Assembly (NCBI GenBank): GCA_963702435.1
Contig: CAVPCR010000004.1
Location: 64,001 to 128,000, forward strand
DNA from: Candidatus Eiseniibacteriota bacterium
GTDB lineage: Bacteria; Eisenbacteria; RBG-16-71-46; CAVPCR01
Reading direction: 5' to 3'
Length of the DNA: 64,000 bases
Part shown: positions 1 to 12,171 of the stretch, piece after piece
Position numbering within the stretch: the first letter of the stretch is position 1
How the letters are laid out: each line of letters opens with the position of its first letter
Made by a program: the position numbers and the translations under genes
Notes under the pieces: generated by a model
What the model was told of the DNA's origin: nothing
Database searches by the model: none
What the model saw: the letters and a program-made list of their open reading frames with translations, nothing else

Positions 1-2
1 CC

Positions 3-1040
3 GGCCATCCCGGCGACTGGCTCCGCCTCACCGGCAAGAAGCTCGCTCTCCTCCTCCATGCCTACGAGAAGGGAGACAACGAGGACCCGGAGGCGGCTCG
101 CAAGCTCGTGCCGATCCAGCGGCTGCCGCTCCCCGGCTTCGCGCTCGCGCTTGCCCTCGGCGTGCTGGGGATGGCGGCCGGATTCACCGGCGCGGGGGCA
201 GCCGCGGCGCCGATAGAGATCCGCCGCGCGCGCGTCCTCCTCGCGCTCGCCGCGCTCGCGTTCGCGGCCGGATGCCTTCTCTACTTCGTCACCGCGCGCT
301 ACCGCCTGCCCCTCTCGGTGCCGCTCCTCCCCTTCGCCGGGTTCGGCGCGGCCACCCTGGGCGCGCTCGCCGTCGCGGCGCGCCCGCTGCGTCGATTCCT
401 CCCGGCGGCGGCACTCTTCGCCGCGCTCCTCCTCGTGCTCCACCGGCCGCTCCCGGCCACGGATCGCAACGATCCCGCCATTGCTGCGGTCAACCTCGGA
501 TACCTGCGGGAGGCGGCCGGCGATCTCGACGGCGCGATCGAGTCCTACCGCCGGGCGATCGCCGCGGACCCGCGCCTCGCCCTCGCCCACTTCAACCTGG
601 GTGTCGCCCAGCGCCTGCGCGGGGATCTCCCCGCGGCGGAAGCCGCCTTCCGGCAGGCGCTCGCGCTCGATCCCGCCTACGCCGACGCGCTCGACCAGCT
701 CGCCATGACCCTCGAGCAGGGCGGCGATCGCGACTCCTCGCTCGCCCTCTACCAGCAGGCGATCGCGATCGATTCGACGCGCGCCCGCTACTGGAAGGAC
801 CTCGGTCGCCTGCACATCCTGCGCGGGGAGCCGGACCTGGCGCTCGGCGCGTGGGCGCGGGCGATCAACCTGGACCCCACCGACTCGACCACAGCGCGCC
901 GCGCGGTCCTTCTCCAGCGGGAGCTCGCGGCGGCGATGGCACGCGCGGATTCGTTGCAGCGCGCGGGGCAGGGGGGCGCGGGGCCGGGGCGCGCGGGGCA
1001 GTCCGAGGGGGCGAGGCCGGCGGGGGGAGCGGGGCCGTAG
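3..1040 (+). CDS. Membrane protein with C-terminal TPR repeats (5' truncated by window edge)
   Basis: Frame is open from base 3. Hydrophobic helices are followed by TPR-like repeats (AIESYRRAIAADP, AHFNLG, YQQAIAID). Confidence 0.7.
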   Translation, partial: GHPGDWLRLTGKKLALLLHAYEKGDNEDPEAARKLVPIQRLPLPGFALALALGVLGMAAGFTGAGAAAAPIEIRRARVLLALAALAFAAGCLLYFVTARYRLPLSVPLLPFAGFGAATLGALAVAARPLRRFLPAAALFAALLLVLHRPLPATDRNDPAIAAVNLGYLREAAGDLDGAIESYRRAIAADPRLALAHFNLGVAQRLRGDLPAAEAAFRQALALDPAYADALDQLAMTLEQGGDRDSSLALYQQAIAIDSTRARYWKDLGRLHILRGEPDLALGAWARAINLDPTDSTTARRAVLLQRELAAAMARADSLQRAGQGGAGPGRAGQSEGARPAGGAGP

Positions 1041-1053
1041 GAGCGCCGCCGCG

Positions 1054-2550
1054 CTACGGCAGGAGAACCGCGCTGGCGCGCATCACCCCCGCGGGCAGGG
1101 TGGCCGTGAGGTAGTAGACCCCGGCGGGGAGCGCGTTCCCGCGCTCGTCGCGACCGTCCCAGGCGAACCGGCTCCGCCCGGACACGAGCGCGCCGTCGTG
1201 GAGCACGCGCGCGAGCCGGCCGGCGGCGGTGTACGCGGCGACGCGAACCGCGGGTGCCGGTGCGGTGAGCACCACCTCCACCACGGTCCCGCCCCGGAAG
1301 GGATTCGGGCTCGACGCGAGCGTGCCGGCGGGGTTCGCGCCCGGGCTCTCGCCGCCCTCGGCGCTCGTCGGGCCGAACCACGCCGCATCCACGAACGGCC
1401 GTCCGAGCTGACCCTCCCGCTTGAGCCACACGGCGGCTGGACCGGAGCCCGGCCACAGCGCGAGCGCGAGCCCGCGCGCGGGCTCGCCGTCGTCGCTCAC
1501 GATCGAGGGCGAACTCGAGGCCCCCGGGTTCTGGGCCAGAACCGGCAGGTGCCAGAGCTCGGTCTGCCCTGAGCGATAGACGAGGAACACGTAGGGTCCG
1601 TCGCCCACGGCGGCGAACTCGTCGGGCCAGTCGAGGAGACCCACGAGCTGGATGGCGGGCGCCGGGAACGACGCTCCGTCATCCGTGCTGTGCGCCGTAC
1701 GGATGACGCCGTCGTCGGTCCCGTAGACGGCGAGCACGTTCGTCGCGTCATCGCCGGAGAGACGCACGGTCTCCGGTCGATGCTGCGGACTCACGATCTC
1801 AAGCGCCGGCTCGAACGGCTGCCCCGGATCCCCTCCCGCCAGGTGGCGGCGATGGAGGATGCGGGTGCTACCCGGACGCGTCTCCACCCAGGCCACGTGC
1901 ACGAGGCCGCCCGCGCTGGCGTGGAGCGCGGCGCTCGTGATCTCGCGCGGCACGGGCGCGGCGCCCACGATGAGCGGCGCGCTCCACGTCACTCCCCCAT
2001 CGGTCGACCGCGCGAAATCGACGGCCGTATCGAAGCTGCCTTCGATCCGCGGCGCCCGATAGATGAGATACACGCGTCCCGCCACGGCGGGGTCGAGCGC
2101 GAGCGCGGGTTCCTGGATCACCGACGAGACTGCGACCGTCGCGATCTGCCAGTCGGGGCTGCCGCCGACCGCGGTGCGCGCGATCTGCAGGCGGAACTCG
2201 TTCGTCGTGCTCTCGAGGAGCGCGAGCACGAGCGCATCGCCGCCGGGCCCGCCGGTCACGTGCACGAGCGCCGCGGCGGAGAAGTTGCGCGAGAGGGTGG
2301 GATCGGCGAAGCCGCCGAACGGCTGATAGGTCACACCGTCGTCGAGGGACCGCAGCACCTCGACCCGCACCGCGCCGGAGGTCGCGAAGCGCGTGAGCGC
2401 CACATAGATCTCGCCGGCCGCCCCCACGGCCAGGGCGGGTGGCGCGAAGTCGGCGGGGCTCTCCACCACGGGTCGATCGGTGGAAGGCGGCCAGAGGAGG
2501 GTGGACCGGGCGCTCGCCGGGAGCGCGACGACGAGGAGGACCGCCAGCAT
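1054..2550 (-). CDS. Secreted BNR/Asp-box repeat (sialidase-like propeller) protein with C-terminal FlgD-Ig-like domain
   Basis: Signal peptide MLAVLLVVALPASA; Asp-boxes RSLDDGVTY, RSTDGGVTW, HSTDDGASF; C-terminal PNPF...WDGRDERG...AGVYY. Confidence 0.7.
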   Translation of the reverse strand: MLAVLLVVALPASARSTLLWPPSTDRPVVESPADFAPPALAVGAAGEIYVALTRFATSGAVRVEVLRSLDDGVTYQPFGGFADPTLSRNFSAAALVHVTGGPGGDALVLALLESTTNEFRLQIARTAVGGSPDWQIATVAVSSVIQEPALALDPAVAGRVYLIYRAPRIEGSFDTAVDFARSTDGGVTWSAPLIVGAAPVPREITSAALHASAGGLVHVAWVETRPGSTRILHRRHLAGGDPGQPFEPALEIVSPQHRPETVRLSGDDATNVLAVYGTDDGVIRTAHSTDDGASFPAPAIQLVGLLDWPDEFAAVGDGPYVFLVYRSGQTELWHLPVLAQNPGASSSPSIVSDDGEPARGLALALWPGSGPAAVWLKREGQLGRPFVDAAWFGPTSAEGGESPGANPAGTLASSPNPFRGGTVVEVVLTAPAPAVRVAAYTAAGRLARVLHDGALVSGRSRFAWDGRDERGNALPAGVYYLTATLPAGVMRASAVLLP

Positions 2551-2940
2551 GGCGCTGCGCCGGTGCGAGCGGCACCGTTCGGTCCGTTCTCTCGTGGATG
2601 GGCTGGGCGCGCTGAGATGCATCTTGGGGGCACGGGAACGCCGCCGCGGCGGCCGGGTTGGGCGGCGCGGATGGGTCGGTAACCCTTTGATTGTGCGGAC
2701 CTCGAGCCGCCCGTGTCAACCGCCCAGCGCGCGGCATGGGGCATGGGTCCGATGCCCCGCCTTCCGCGCACGCCGCGGCGATCGGCGCAGCCCCATTCCC
2801 CCTGTCCGCCCCGCGCCCGGATCGCGTATAATTGTGCTCGCGCCCCCCCCCTTCCAGGGCGGGCTTGTCCCGGCGGCTGCATTCAAGGGCCCTCTGCTCG
2901 CCCACCGGCCCAGACATTAGCTCAAGCAACGAGGTCAACC

Positions 2941-5900
2941 GTGTTCCGGTGGCTTTGCGCTGTCTCCCCGCGCGCTCGCTGGCTTCACGTCTCCGTCTGG
3001 ATCGGACTCGCCTTGCTCGCGCTGGTCGCAACCGCCGGCGCGGCGCCTCCCGGCACGGCGCTCGACCACGACGCGCTCCGCCGGCAGGCGGAGGCGGATC
3101 TCGACGCCATCGCCGCCGGCCTGCCGCCCGAGCGCCGGCCCACGCCCGAACTCGCCCGCGCGTACATCGAGGCGTACGTCGAGCTGCGCACGAGCGTCAC
3201 CGAGCCCTGCCCGTCGCTCAACGAGGAGGCGCCCGAGACCGACGCGCCCGGCGAGGCACACGCCCCCCTCCTCCTCCGCGGGCTGCCGCCCTTCGCCCGC
3301 GCCGTCCCCGATACCGACACGGTGAGCACCTGGGGCAAGGTGTTCCTCGATCTGGACGCCGACTCGACCTACGACGAGGGCGAACCGGGGCTCGAGGATG
3401 TCACCGTGTCAAAGGGCACGCAGGCCTGGCCCGCCTGGTTCCTCGGCCCCGGGGTGGATCTCACGGCCCCCGACGGCACGTTCAGCTTCCTGACGCCGCT
3501 CCCGGACTCGCGTTTCATCTTCGTGACGGTGCCCAGCGGTTACACGGCCACCACCCCGTTCTTCCATCGCCTGACCGGCGCCTCGCCGGACACGGCCTAC
3601 TTCGGCCTGATCCGGACGCAGGAGACCGCCGATCCGGTCTTCCGCTGGGTGCAGATCTCGGACATGCAGGTGAACACCCTGGCCTCGTCCGGGGACGAGC
3701 TGTCCATCGACCTGAGCGAGATCGAGGAGCTGCCGGACCCCCCCGACTTCATGGTCATCACCGGAGACCTGGTCGACAGCGGCGCGATCACCGCGCAGTA
3801 CGACGTCTTCATCGACGGAATCTCCGGGCATCAGATTCCCATCCGCCCCGGTTACGGCGACCACGACGCCAATGCCCTCTCCGCCCTCAAGGTAGACAAC
3901 TTCGAGGACTACATCGGACCGACGTGCTACTCGTTCGACCACGGCGGCGTGCACTTCGTCCTCTACAACGACATTGACGCCGTCGACCTGGCGGGGCAGT
4001 TCATCCAGTTCGTCTGGCTCTTCCAGGATCTATGGGATGCGCACAACCGGAACCGGCCCATCGTGGTCTGCAAGCACAAGATGCCGCTCGCCTACGAGCT
4101 CGCGCTCTATAAGGAGCTCGACGTCACCGCCGTCTTCTCCGGCCACTGGCACGGCTCGCGGGTGCGCTACCTCCTCGACATCTTCGACATCAACACTCCG
4201 CCCATCCGTTATGCAGGCATCGACAAGTCGTCCCGCGGATTCCGCATCAACGACATGGACAACGGCGCGATCCAGACCACCTATCGCCTCGCCGGGCTCG
4301 ACGACCACATCCGCGTCGCCCTCCCGGCCGATGGGGACTCGGTGATCGCGGGGCCGGTCGCCGTCCGCGTGAACGCGTACGACTCGGTCGACCGCATCCT
4401 CTCCGGCGAGTTCTCGGTGGCCGGCCCGATCGCGGCCGGCCCCTTCCCGCTCGCCGCCGACGGCCCCTGGGCCTGGCAGGCCACCTGGGATGCCGCGGCG
4501 GCGCCGGACGGGGAGTACACGCTCACCGCCACCCTCGCGCACGAGGTAGGCGGGCCGATCGCCGAGCAGGCGACCTTCACGCTCGTCCGCGCGTCGGTCG
4601 AGGCGCCCGATCCCTACACCGACTGGCCCTGCTTCAAGCACGATCCGGCCGGCACCGGCTTCACACCGATCGATCTCCCGCCGCCGCTCCGCGTCGCCTG
4701 GGTCCGGCACCTCGGCGGGCGCAACAACGTCGAGTCGCCGGTGGTGGTGGACGGACGCGTGTACGTGGGCACGTCCAACATCTCGACCGTGAACGAGGCG
4801 GCGCTCAACTGCTTCGACGCCGTGACCGGCGATCTCCTCTGGCGCTTCCCCGCCGGCACCGATGTCAAGTCCACCCCGGCGGTGGCGGACGGGCGCGTCT
4901 TCTTCACGACCTCGATCGGAAAGCTCTTCGCCCTCGACGCCGCGACCGGCGGCATCCTGTGGCGCGCCCAGCTCGGCGACTCGCTCACCCGCTGGGAGAT
5001 GACCTCGCCGACCGTGTTCGCCGGCAAGGTGTACACGGGCGGCCTTCCGGCCATGAGCTGCTACAACGCGGCGACCGGCGATTCGCTCTGGCGGTACGTG
5101 GGCGCGTCCGGCCCCGACGTGGACTTCATCCCCTCGATCTACTCGGCGCCGGCGGTGAGCGGCGAGACGGTCGTCTTCACAACGCGGGGTGGGATCTTCG
5201 CCTTCGACCGCAACACGGGCGCGCTCCGCTGGCGGGCGAGCGGCCAGCACCGCTCGGCCGCGATCACGAACAATCTCGTGTACACGGCGGGCAACGCGTT
5301 CAGCAGCCAGAAGCTCAAGGCCTACGATCTACTGACCGGGCAGCTCGTGTACGAATCCCCCCTCTACTCCCAGAGCGAGTCGACGGCGGGACCCGTCCTG
5401 ACGGCGCAGAACCGCATTCTGGCTGTGCACGGCGGCAACGCGCCGGGCGTTCCCCGCGGCAAGCTCGAGAGCTGGCTCCCCACCCTGGGCTTCGATCTCA
5501 TGGCCGAGTTCTACGTCGGGGATCCGATCACGAGCTCGCGTCCCTACCAGCGCATCACCGGCTCGATCAACTCGACCCCGGCGGTCGCCGGCAACGTCGC
5601 CTACTTCGGGGCCGACGACGGGTTCCTCCATGCGGTCGACGTCGTCAGCGCGAACGAGCTCTGGCGGTTCGACCTGGGGGTTCCGGTCCGCTCCTCGCCG
5701 GCGATCGCGGGCAACATGCTCTTCGTCACGGCGGAGGACGGGTCGCTCTACGCGTTCGTCGCGACGACCCTGTCGACCACGGGGACCGGCGCTCTGACCG
5801 CGGCCCCGCTCACGACGCGCCTCCTCGGCGCCCGGCCCACTCCGTTCAACCCGGCGACGATCATCGCCTTCGATCTCGGCCCCGCCGGCGCGCGGCCCGA

Positions 5901-6099
5901 GCCCGTCGCTCTCCGCATCTACGATGCAGCCGGGCGGCTCGTGCGGACGCTCGTGGACGGCCCGCTCGCCCCCGGGCACCACGCGGTGACCTGGGACGGG
6001 CGGAACGATGCGGCGGGGGCGGCGGCCTCGGGCGTGTACTTCTGCCGTCTCGCGGCGTCGGGGCAGACGTTCGAGTCGCGCCTCGTGCTGCTCAAGTAG
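2941..6099 (+). CDS. Secreted calcineurin-like metallophosphoesterase + PQQ-like beta-propeller + FlgD-Ig-like domain
   Basis: Signal peptide; motifs QISD, TGDLVD, GDHD, SGHWH; PQQ-type repeats (SPVVVDGRVYVG, FDAVTGDLLWRF); C-terminal WDGRNDAG...SGVYFCRL. GTG start chosen by inspection. Confidence 0.75.
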   Translation: MFRWLCAVSPRARWLHVSVWIGLALLALVATAGAAPPGTALDHDALRRQAEADLDAIAAGLPPERRPTPELARAYIEAYVELRTSVTEPCPSLNEEAPETDAPGEAHAPLLLRGLPPFARAVPDTDTVSTWGKVFLDLDADSTYDEGEPGLEDVTVSKGTQAWPAWFLGPGVDLTAPDGTFSFLTPLPDSRFIFVTVPSGYTATTPFFHRLTGASPDTAYFGLIRTQETADPVFRWVQISDMQVNTLASSGDELSIDLSEIEELPDPPDFMVITGDLVDSGAITAQYDVFIDGISGHQIPIRPGYGDHDANALSALKVDNFEDYIGPTCYSFDHGGVHFVLYNDIDAVDLAGQFIQFVWLFQDLWDAHNRNRPIVVCKHKMPLAYELALYKELDVTAVFSGHWHGSRVRYLLDIFDINTPPIRYAGIDKSSRGFRINDMDNGAIQTTYRLAGLDDHIRVALPADGDSVIAGPVAVRVNAYDSVDRILSGEFSVAGPIAAGPFPLAADGPWAWQATWDAAAAPDGEYTLTATLAHEVGGPIAEQATFTLVRASVEAPDPYTDWPCFKHDPAGTGFTPIDLPPPLRVAWVRHLGGRNNVESPVVVDGRVYVGTSNISTVNEAALNCFDAVTGDLLWRFPAGTDVKSTPAVADGRVFFTTSIGKLFALDAATGGILWRAQLGDSLTRWEMTSPTVFAGKVYTGGLPAMSCYNAATGDSLWRYVGASGPDVDFIPSIYSAPAVSGETVVFTTRGGIFAFDRNTGALRWRASGQHRSAAITNNLVYTAGNAFSSQKLKAYDLLTGQLVYESPLYSQSESTAGPVLTAQNRILAVHGGNAPGVPRGKLESWLPTLGFDLMAEFYVGDPITSSRPYQRITGSINSTPAVAGNVAYFGADDGFLHAVDVVSANELWRFDLGVPVRSSPAIAGNMLFVTAEDGSLYAFVATTLSTTGTGALTAAPLTTRLLGARPTPFNPATIIAFDLGPAGARPEPVALRIYDAAGRLVRTLVDGPLAPGHHAVTWDGRNDAAGAAASGVYFCRLAASGQTFESRLVLLK

Positions 6100-6124
6100 G
6101 CGGCGGCGACCGAGCGGCCGCCGC
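6100..6124. terminator. GC-rich hairpin between convergent genes
   Basis: GCGGCGGC-9 nt-GCCGCCGC lies between the stop codons at 6099 and 6127. There is no U-tract. Confidence 0.35.
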
Positions 6125-6126
6125 TC

Positions 6127-8497
<2,371 letters not shown>

Positions 8498-8519
8498 GCG
8501 CGCTACCTGGTCCCCGCCG

Positions 8520-9632
8520 TCACTCGTTCAGCCGGAGCGGCATGACGAGGGCAAGCGTCTCCTCGGGGCCCTCCGCCGCCGGCGTGATCACGACCGCGGT
8601 CGTGGGCTTGTCGAGGGCGAGCACCACGTTCTCGCCCTCCATGTTGCGGAGCGCTTCCGCCAGGTACGACGCGTTGAATCCAACGTCGAGATCCGCGCCG
8701 TCGTATTCGCACTTCAGGGTCTCGGTTCCTTCGCCGACGTCGTTCGTCTGCACGCGCAAGTCGATCTTGTTCTTGCGGACGCTGAAGCGCACCTGGTGCG
8801 AGAGCGAATCCGCAAGGATCGAGACGCGCCGGAGCGACGTGACGAGGCCGCTGCGCTGCACGACGACGCGCTTCGGGTTGTCGCGCGGGATCACCTGCTC
8901 GTAATTCGGGAACGGCCCCTCGAGCAGCCGCGAGTAGATGGTCGTCTCGCCGACGGTGAATACCGCGAAGTTCCGCCCCAGCATGACCTCGACCGCGGAG
9001 CCCGTGTCGGCGACGAGCTTCTGCACGAGGTTCAGGGTCTTCGGAGGGATGATGACATCCGCCTTGTGCGCCCCGCGCAATGCCGGGTCGCGAAGCGTGA
9101 ACCGCGCGAGGCGATGGCCATCGGTCGCGACGAGGCGGAGCGCCCCTTCGCGCATCTCGAGCAGCATGCCGTTCAGCACCGGTCGCGTCTCGTCCGTGGA
9201 GACCGAGTACGACGTCGCCCTGATCGCCCGCGCGAGCTCGGGTCCGGGCAAGGAGAGCTTCGACCCTTCCTCGACGTCCGGGAGCTTCGGGAACTCTTCC
9301 GGATCCATGCCCATCAGGGTGAACTGACCGATCGCGCAGTCGAGCGTGAGCTTGAGCTCGTCGCTGCCGACCCTGATTTCCTCCTGCGGCAGCTCGCGCA
9401 CGATCTCCGCGAAACGCCGCGCCGGCACCGTCACCTTGCCCCCGAGCGCGACATTGGACGCCGTCTCCGTGCAGACCGAGACGTCCAGATCGGTGCACGT
9501 CAACTTGAGCTTTCCCTCCCCGGCCTCGAGCAGGAAATTGGACAGGATCGGGAGCGTGCTCTTCGGCGGAACCGCCGAGATCACCGACTGCAAGGTCCGC
9601 GACAGGCTCTCCTTCGGCATCGAGAACTTCAT
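8520..9632 (-). CDS. dnaN: DNA polymerase III beta sliding clamp
   Basis: TLPILSNFLL, TDLDV, DETRPVLNG, VATDGHRL, GPFPNYEQVIP, LVMPLRL. Start at MKFSMPKE. Confidence 0.97.
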   Translation of the reverse strand: MKFSMPKESLSRTLQSVISAVPPKSTLPILSNFLLEAGEGKLKLTCTDLDVSVCTETASNVALGGKVTVPARRFAEIVRELPQEEIRVGSDELKLTLDCAIGQFTLMGMDPEEFPKLPDVEEGSKLSLPGPELARAIRATSYSVSTDETRPVLNGMLLEMREGALRLVATDGHRLARFTLRDPALRGAHKADVIIPPKTLNLVQKLVADTGSAVEVMLGRNFAVFTVGETTIYSRLLEGPFPNYEQVIPRDNPKRVVVQRSGLVTSLRRVSILADSLSHQVRFSVRKNKIDLRVQTNDVGEGTETLKCEYDGADLDVGFNASYLAEALRNMEGENVVLALDKPTTAVVITPAAEGPEETLALVMPLRLNE

Positions 9633-9682
9633 GCATCTCCCCGATTGCGCGCGACTCGCGGCCGCGCCGCGCCCAAGCGCCC

Positions 9683-9707
9683 TAACTGAATGATCCTGCA
9701 ATAGTTA
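9683..9707. promoter_or_regulatory. AT-rich dyad TAACT-N15-AGTTA upstream of dnaN
   Basis: Read directly. The same geometry recurs at 23161 and 25574. Confidence 0.4.
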
Positions 9708-9850
9708 CATGGTGTCCGGGACGTCCGCCTGGGATTGTATCCCACCCCCCCCGGAGGAGCAAGGAATACGCGCCCCGGAAGAACCCGTCGCGAGCCCCGG
9801 GATTCACGGTCGCACCGACGGTTCGTCTTCATCTGCAAGGAGAATAGGTC

Positions 9851-9895
9851 TGTATATACGAACTGCTGATGTTGGGGCGGGGGATATGTGGGCGA
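9851..9895 (-). other. Candidate oriC unwinding element (degenerate tandem DnaA boxes, GC linker, period-3 run, TATATA)
   Basis: Minus strand reads TCGCCCACATATCCCCC-GCCC-CAACATCAGCAG-TTCG-TATATA toward dnaN. The order matches the Bacillus box-box/GC/trio/AT-rich element, but the sequence is degenerate. Confidence 0.35.
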
Positions 9896-10229
9896 CGGGG
9901 GTGACCGCGCGTCGGGACAGCGAGGTGAGAGGATCTCCTGCCGGGGATGGGTTGGGGGTAGTCTGTGCAGGATCGGATGCGTGACTCGGGAGGAGAGAGA
10001 AACAGGGCAACGATCCGAATCTCTTCCACGGTCCGCCCCGGCTGGTGGTCCGTGGGGTTAACCGCCGCGGGACGATGGGGATGGGGCCAGGAGGAGGGCC
10101 GTAGGTGCCGATCCCCGTCCACCGGGTTGTCCTCTCCTGGGGAGAGGCAGCCCGGCCTTCCCGGAGACTGGTAGGAGCAGGGGCCGCGGCGTGTGCAGAC
10201 GCGCGGGCCATAGGATAGTCTCGACCACG

Positions 10230-11594
10230 ATGAGCGTCACTTCGCAGGACCGGAAAGAGGGAAGAGCCCGGCGCGGGATCGAAGACGTGGTCGCGGCGTT
10301 CCCGGATCTGCCCGTGGAGGCGATCCTGAAGGAGGACCTCCTCCGCCAGGGAGTGGGCTTCAGCAGCGCGGCCCTGGCCCGGAGCGCAGCGGGGAAGCCG
10401 AAGTCGTACTTCATCTTCTCCTTTGACCACGTACCCATCGCGGACATGGCCCAGGGGGAGCACCAGCGCGCCCCCGAGGAGATCGCTCTGAGCGGAGGCC
10501 CCTGGAACCTGCGGAGGACGATCGTCTCCGTGCGGGTGAACCCGGCGTCGCCCTATCGAGTCGTTCTCGAGGAGGAGGAGCCGGCCGGGCCGGGAGAGTG
10601 GAGCGGTGGGGGCCCGATCCTCCATCTGGAGGGGACGCCGATCGCCCGGGTGGTCCTGCCGGACACCCCGGATTACTACGGCCGGACCCTCGGGGACGGG
10701 CGCCCGATCACCGAGGTGGCGCCCTGCATCGAGTGGGGATACCTGATCTACCTCACGGTCTTCCGGATGTGCCAGTACTTCGGCCGCGAGGAGGAATGCA
10801 GGTTCTGCGACATCAACGAGAACTTCCGGCAGCAGCGGGCCGCCGGAAGGCCGTACGTCGCGGTTAAGAGCGTGGAGGACGTGATCGAGGCGCTCTCGAT
10901 CATCGCCGAACTGGACCGGGACGCCCGCGCCTACACGGTCACGGGCGGGTCGGTCACGACCGAGCTCGACGGGCTTTCCGAGGGCGCGTTCTACGCGCGC
11001 TACGCGGCGGCCATCGAGGCCCGGTTTCCGCGGCGCTGGATCTCGAAGGTGGTCGCGCAGGCCCTGCCCGCGGCGGACGTCGAGAGGTTCAAGGACGCCG
11101 GTGTTCGCATCTACCATCCGAACTACGAGATCTGGGATGCGGAGCGATTTGCGCTGATCTGTCCGGGAAAGGCGCGCACGATCGGGAGAGACGAGTGGAT
11201 CCGGCGGATCGAGGGCGCGGCAGAGATACTCGGATCGGCCTGCGTCATCCCGAACTTCGTGGCCGGCGTCGAGATGGCGGCACCGCACGGCTTCCCGACG
11301 GTCGCCGAAGCCCTGGCCTCGACAGGCGACGGTCTCGCGTACTTCATGCGGCAGGGGATCGTGCCCCGCTTCACCACGTGGTGCGCGGAACCGCTGTCGG
11401 ACCTCGGGCGCGCCCAGGGTCCGGCTCCCCTGACGTACCATGCGGGGCTCCTCCGGGTATGGCGGGACACCCATGCGCGCTACCGACTGCCGGCTCCGCC
11501 GGGGTACGGCCCGCCGGGGGCCGGGCGAGCGGTGTTCTCGGTGAGCGCTTTCATGGACGTGATCGATCCCGGGACGCCCGTCGCCCCGCTGTGA
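10230..11594 (+). CDS. Radical SAM protein with CX8CX2C motif
   Basis: CQYFGREEECRFC, YTVTGGS, YHPNYEIWD. Confidence 0.8.
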   Translation: MSVTSQDRKEGRARRGIEDVVAAFPDLPVEAILKEDLLRQGVGFSSAALARSAAGKPKSYFIFSFDHVPIADMAQGEHQRAPEEIALSGGPWNLRRTIVSVRVNPASPYRVVLEEEEPAGPGEWSGGGPILHLEGTPIARVVLPDTPDYYGRTLGDGRPITEVAPCIEWGYLIYLTVFRMCQYFGREEECRFCDINENFRQQRAAGRPYVAVKSVEDVIEALSIIAELDRDARAYTVTGGSVTTELDGLSEGAFYARYAAAIEARFPRRWISKVVAQALPAADVERFKDAGVRIYHPNYEIWDAERFALICPGKARTIGRDEWIRRIEGAAEILGSACVIPNFVAGVEMAAPHGFPTVAEALASTGDGLAYFMRQGIVPRFTTWCAEPLSDLGRAQGPAPLTYHAGLLRVWRDTHARYRLPAPPGYGPPGAGRAVFSVSAFMDVIDPGTPVAPL

Positions 11595-11660
11595 CCTCGG
11601 CGCGGGGTTGGCCCGGGATCTTCGGTACTGCATGGAACGCGCCGAAACCGGGCCGGCCGC

Positions 11661-11847
11661 GGTGGATAAAAGCCGGCTCAAATCGCCCGGTAATCGCCGG
11701 GAGAAATGACGAAAAATATTATTAAAACACAACATACACAGACGAGAGCGTCCGGGGATAAGTTGGTGGACCGTATCCTGACCGGGTCGCCCTGCAGGGC
11801 TGGATTTTCGGGTTCTTGTCGAGGGCGACCGCGCCGACTTATCCTGA
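11661..11847. other. AT-rich tract flanked by DnaA-box-like 9-mers (possible origin sub-element)
   Basis: GGTGGATAA at 11661 (TTATCCACC on minus strand, 1 mismatch); AAAAATATTATTAAAACACAACATACACA at 11712; CGGGGATAA at 11753; TTATCCTGA at 11839. Confidence 0.35.
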
Positions 11848-11934
11848 TGTGGTTCGAGGGATGACTCGAGGGGCGGCCGGGGCACCGCGCTCGCCGGTCG
11901 AAGTCACGAACGCAAGCGCCGTTGGGGGCCAGCG

Positions 11935-12087
11935 ATGAAGGAATGCGCTTACTGCGGCGAGGAGTTCAAGGGCAAGGGCATCGTCGTCCAGGGCGACACG
12001 TTCTGTTCAGATGAGTGCGCCCAGGCCTTTGCTGAGGAGCAAGGGTACGACGACGAGGAGGAAGATTTCGACATCGACGACGAGTGA
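11935..12087 (+). CDS. 50-aa Cys4 metal-binding microprotein (TRASH/zinc-finger-like) with acidic tail; not in ORF track
   Basis: Manual translation: MKECAYCGEEFKGKGIVVQGDTFCSDECAQAFAEEQGYDDEEEDFDIDDE. Has CxxC...FCSxxC and gene-like codon use. Confidence 0.75.
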   Translation: MKECAYCGEEFKGKGIVVQGDTFCSDECAQAFAEEQGYDDEEEDFDIDDE

Positions 12088-12171
12088 CGCGTATCGAGTC
12101 CGGCCGGGCGCGAGCGTCTGGCCCCGAAGCTCGTCGCCGGAATCGGAGCGCGGCCACGGGGTGCGGAGAGC

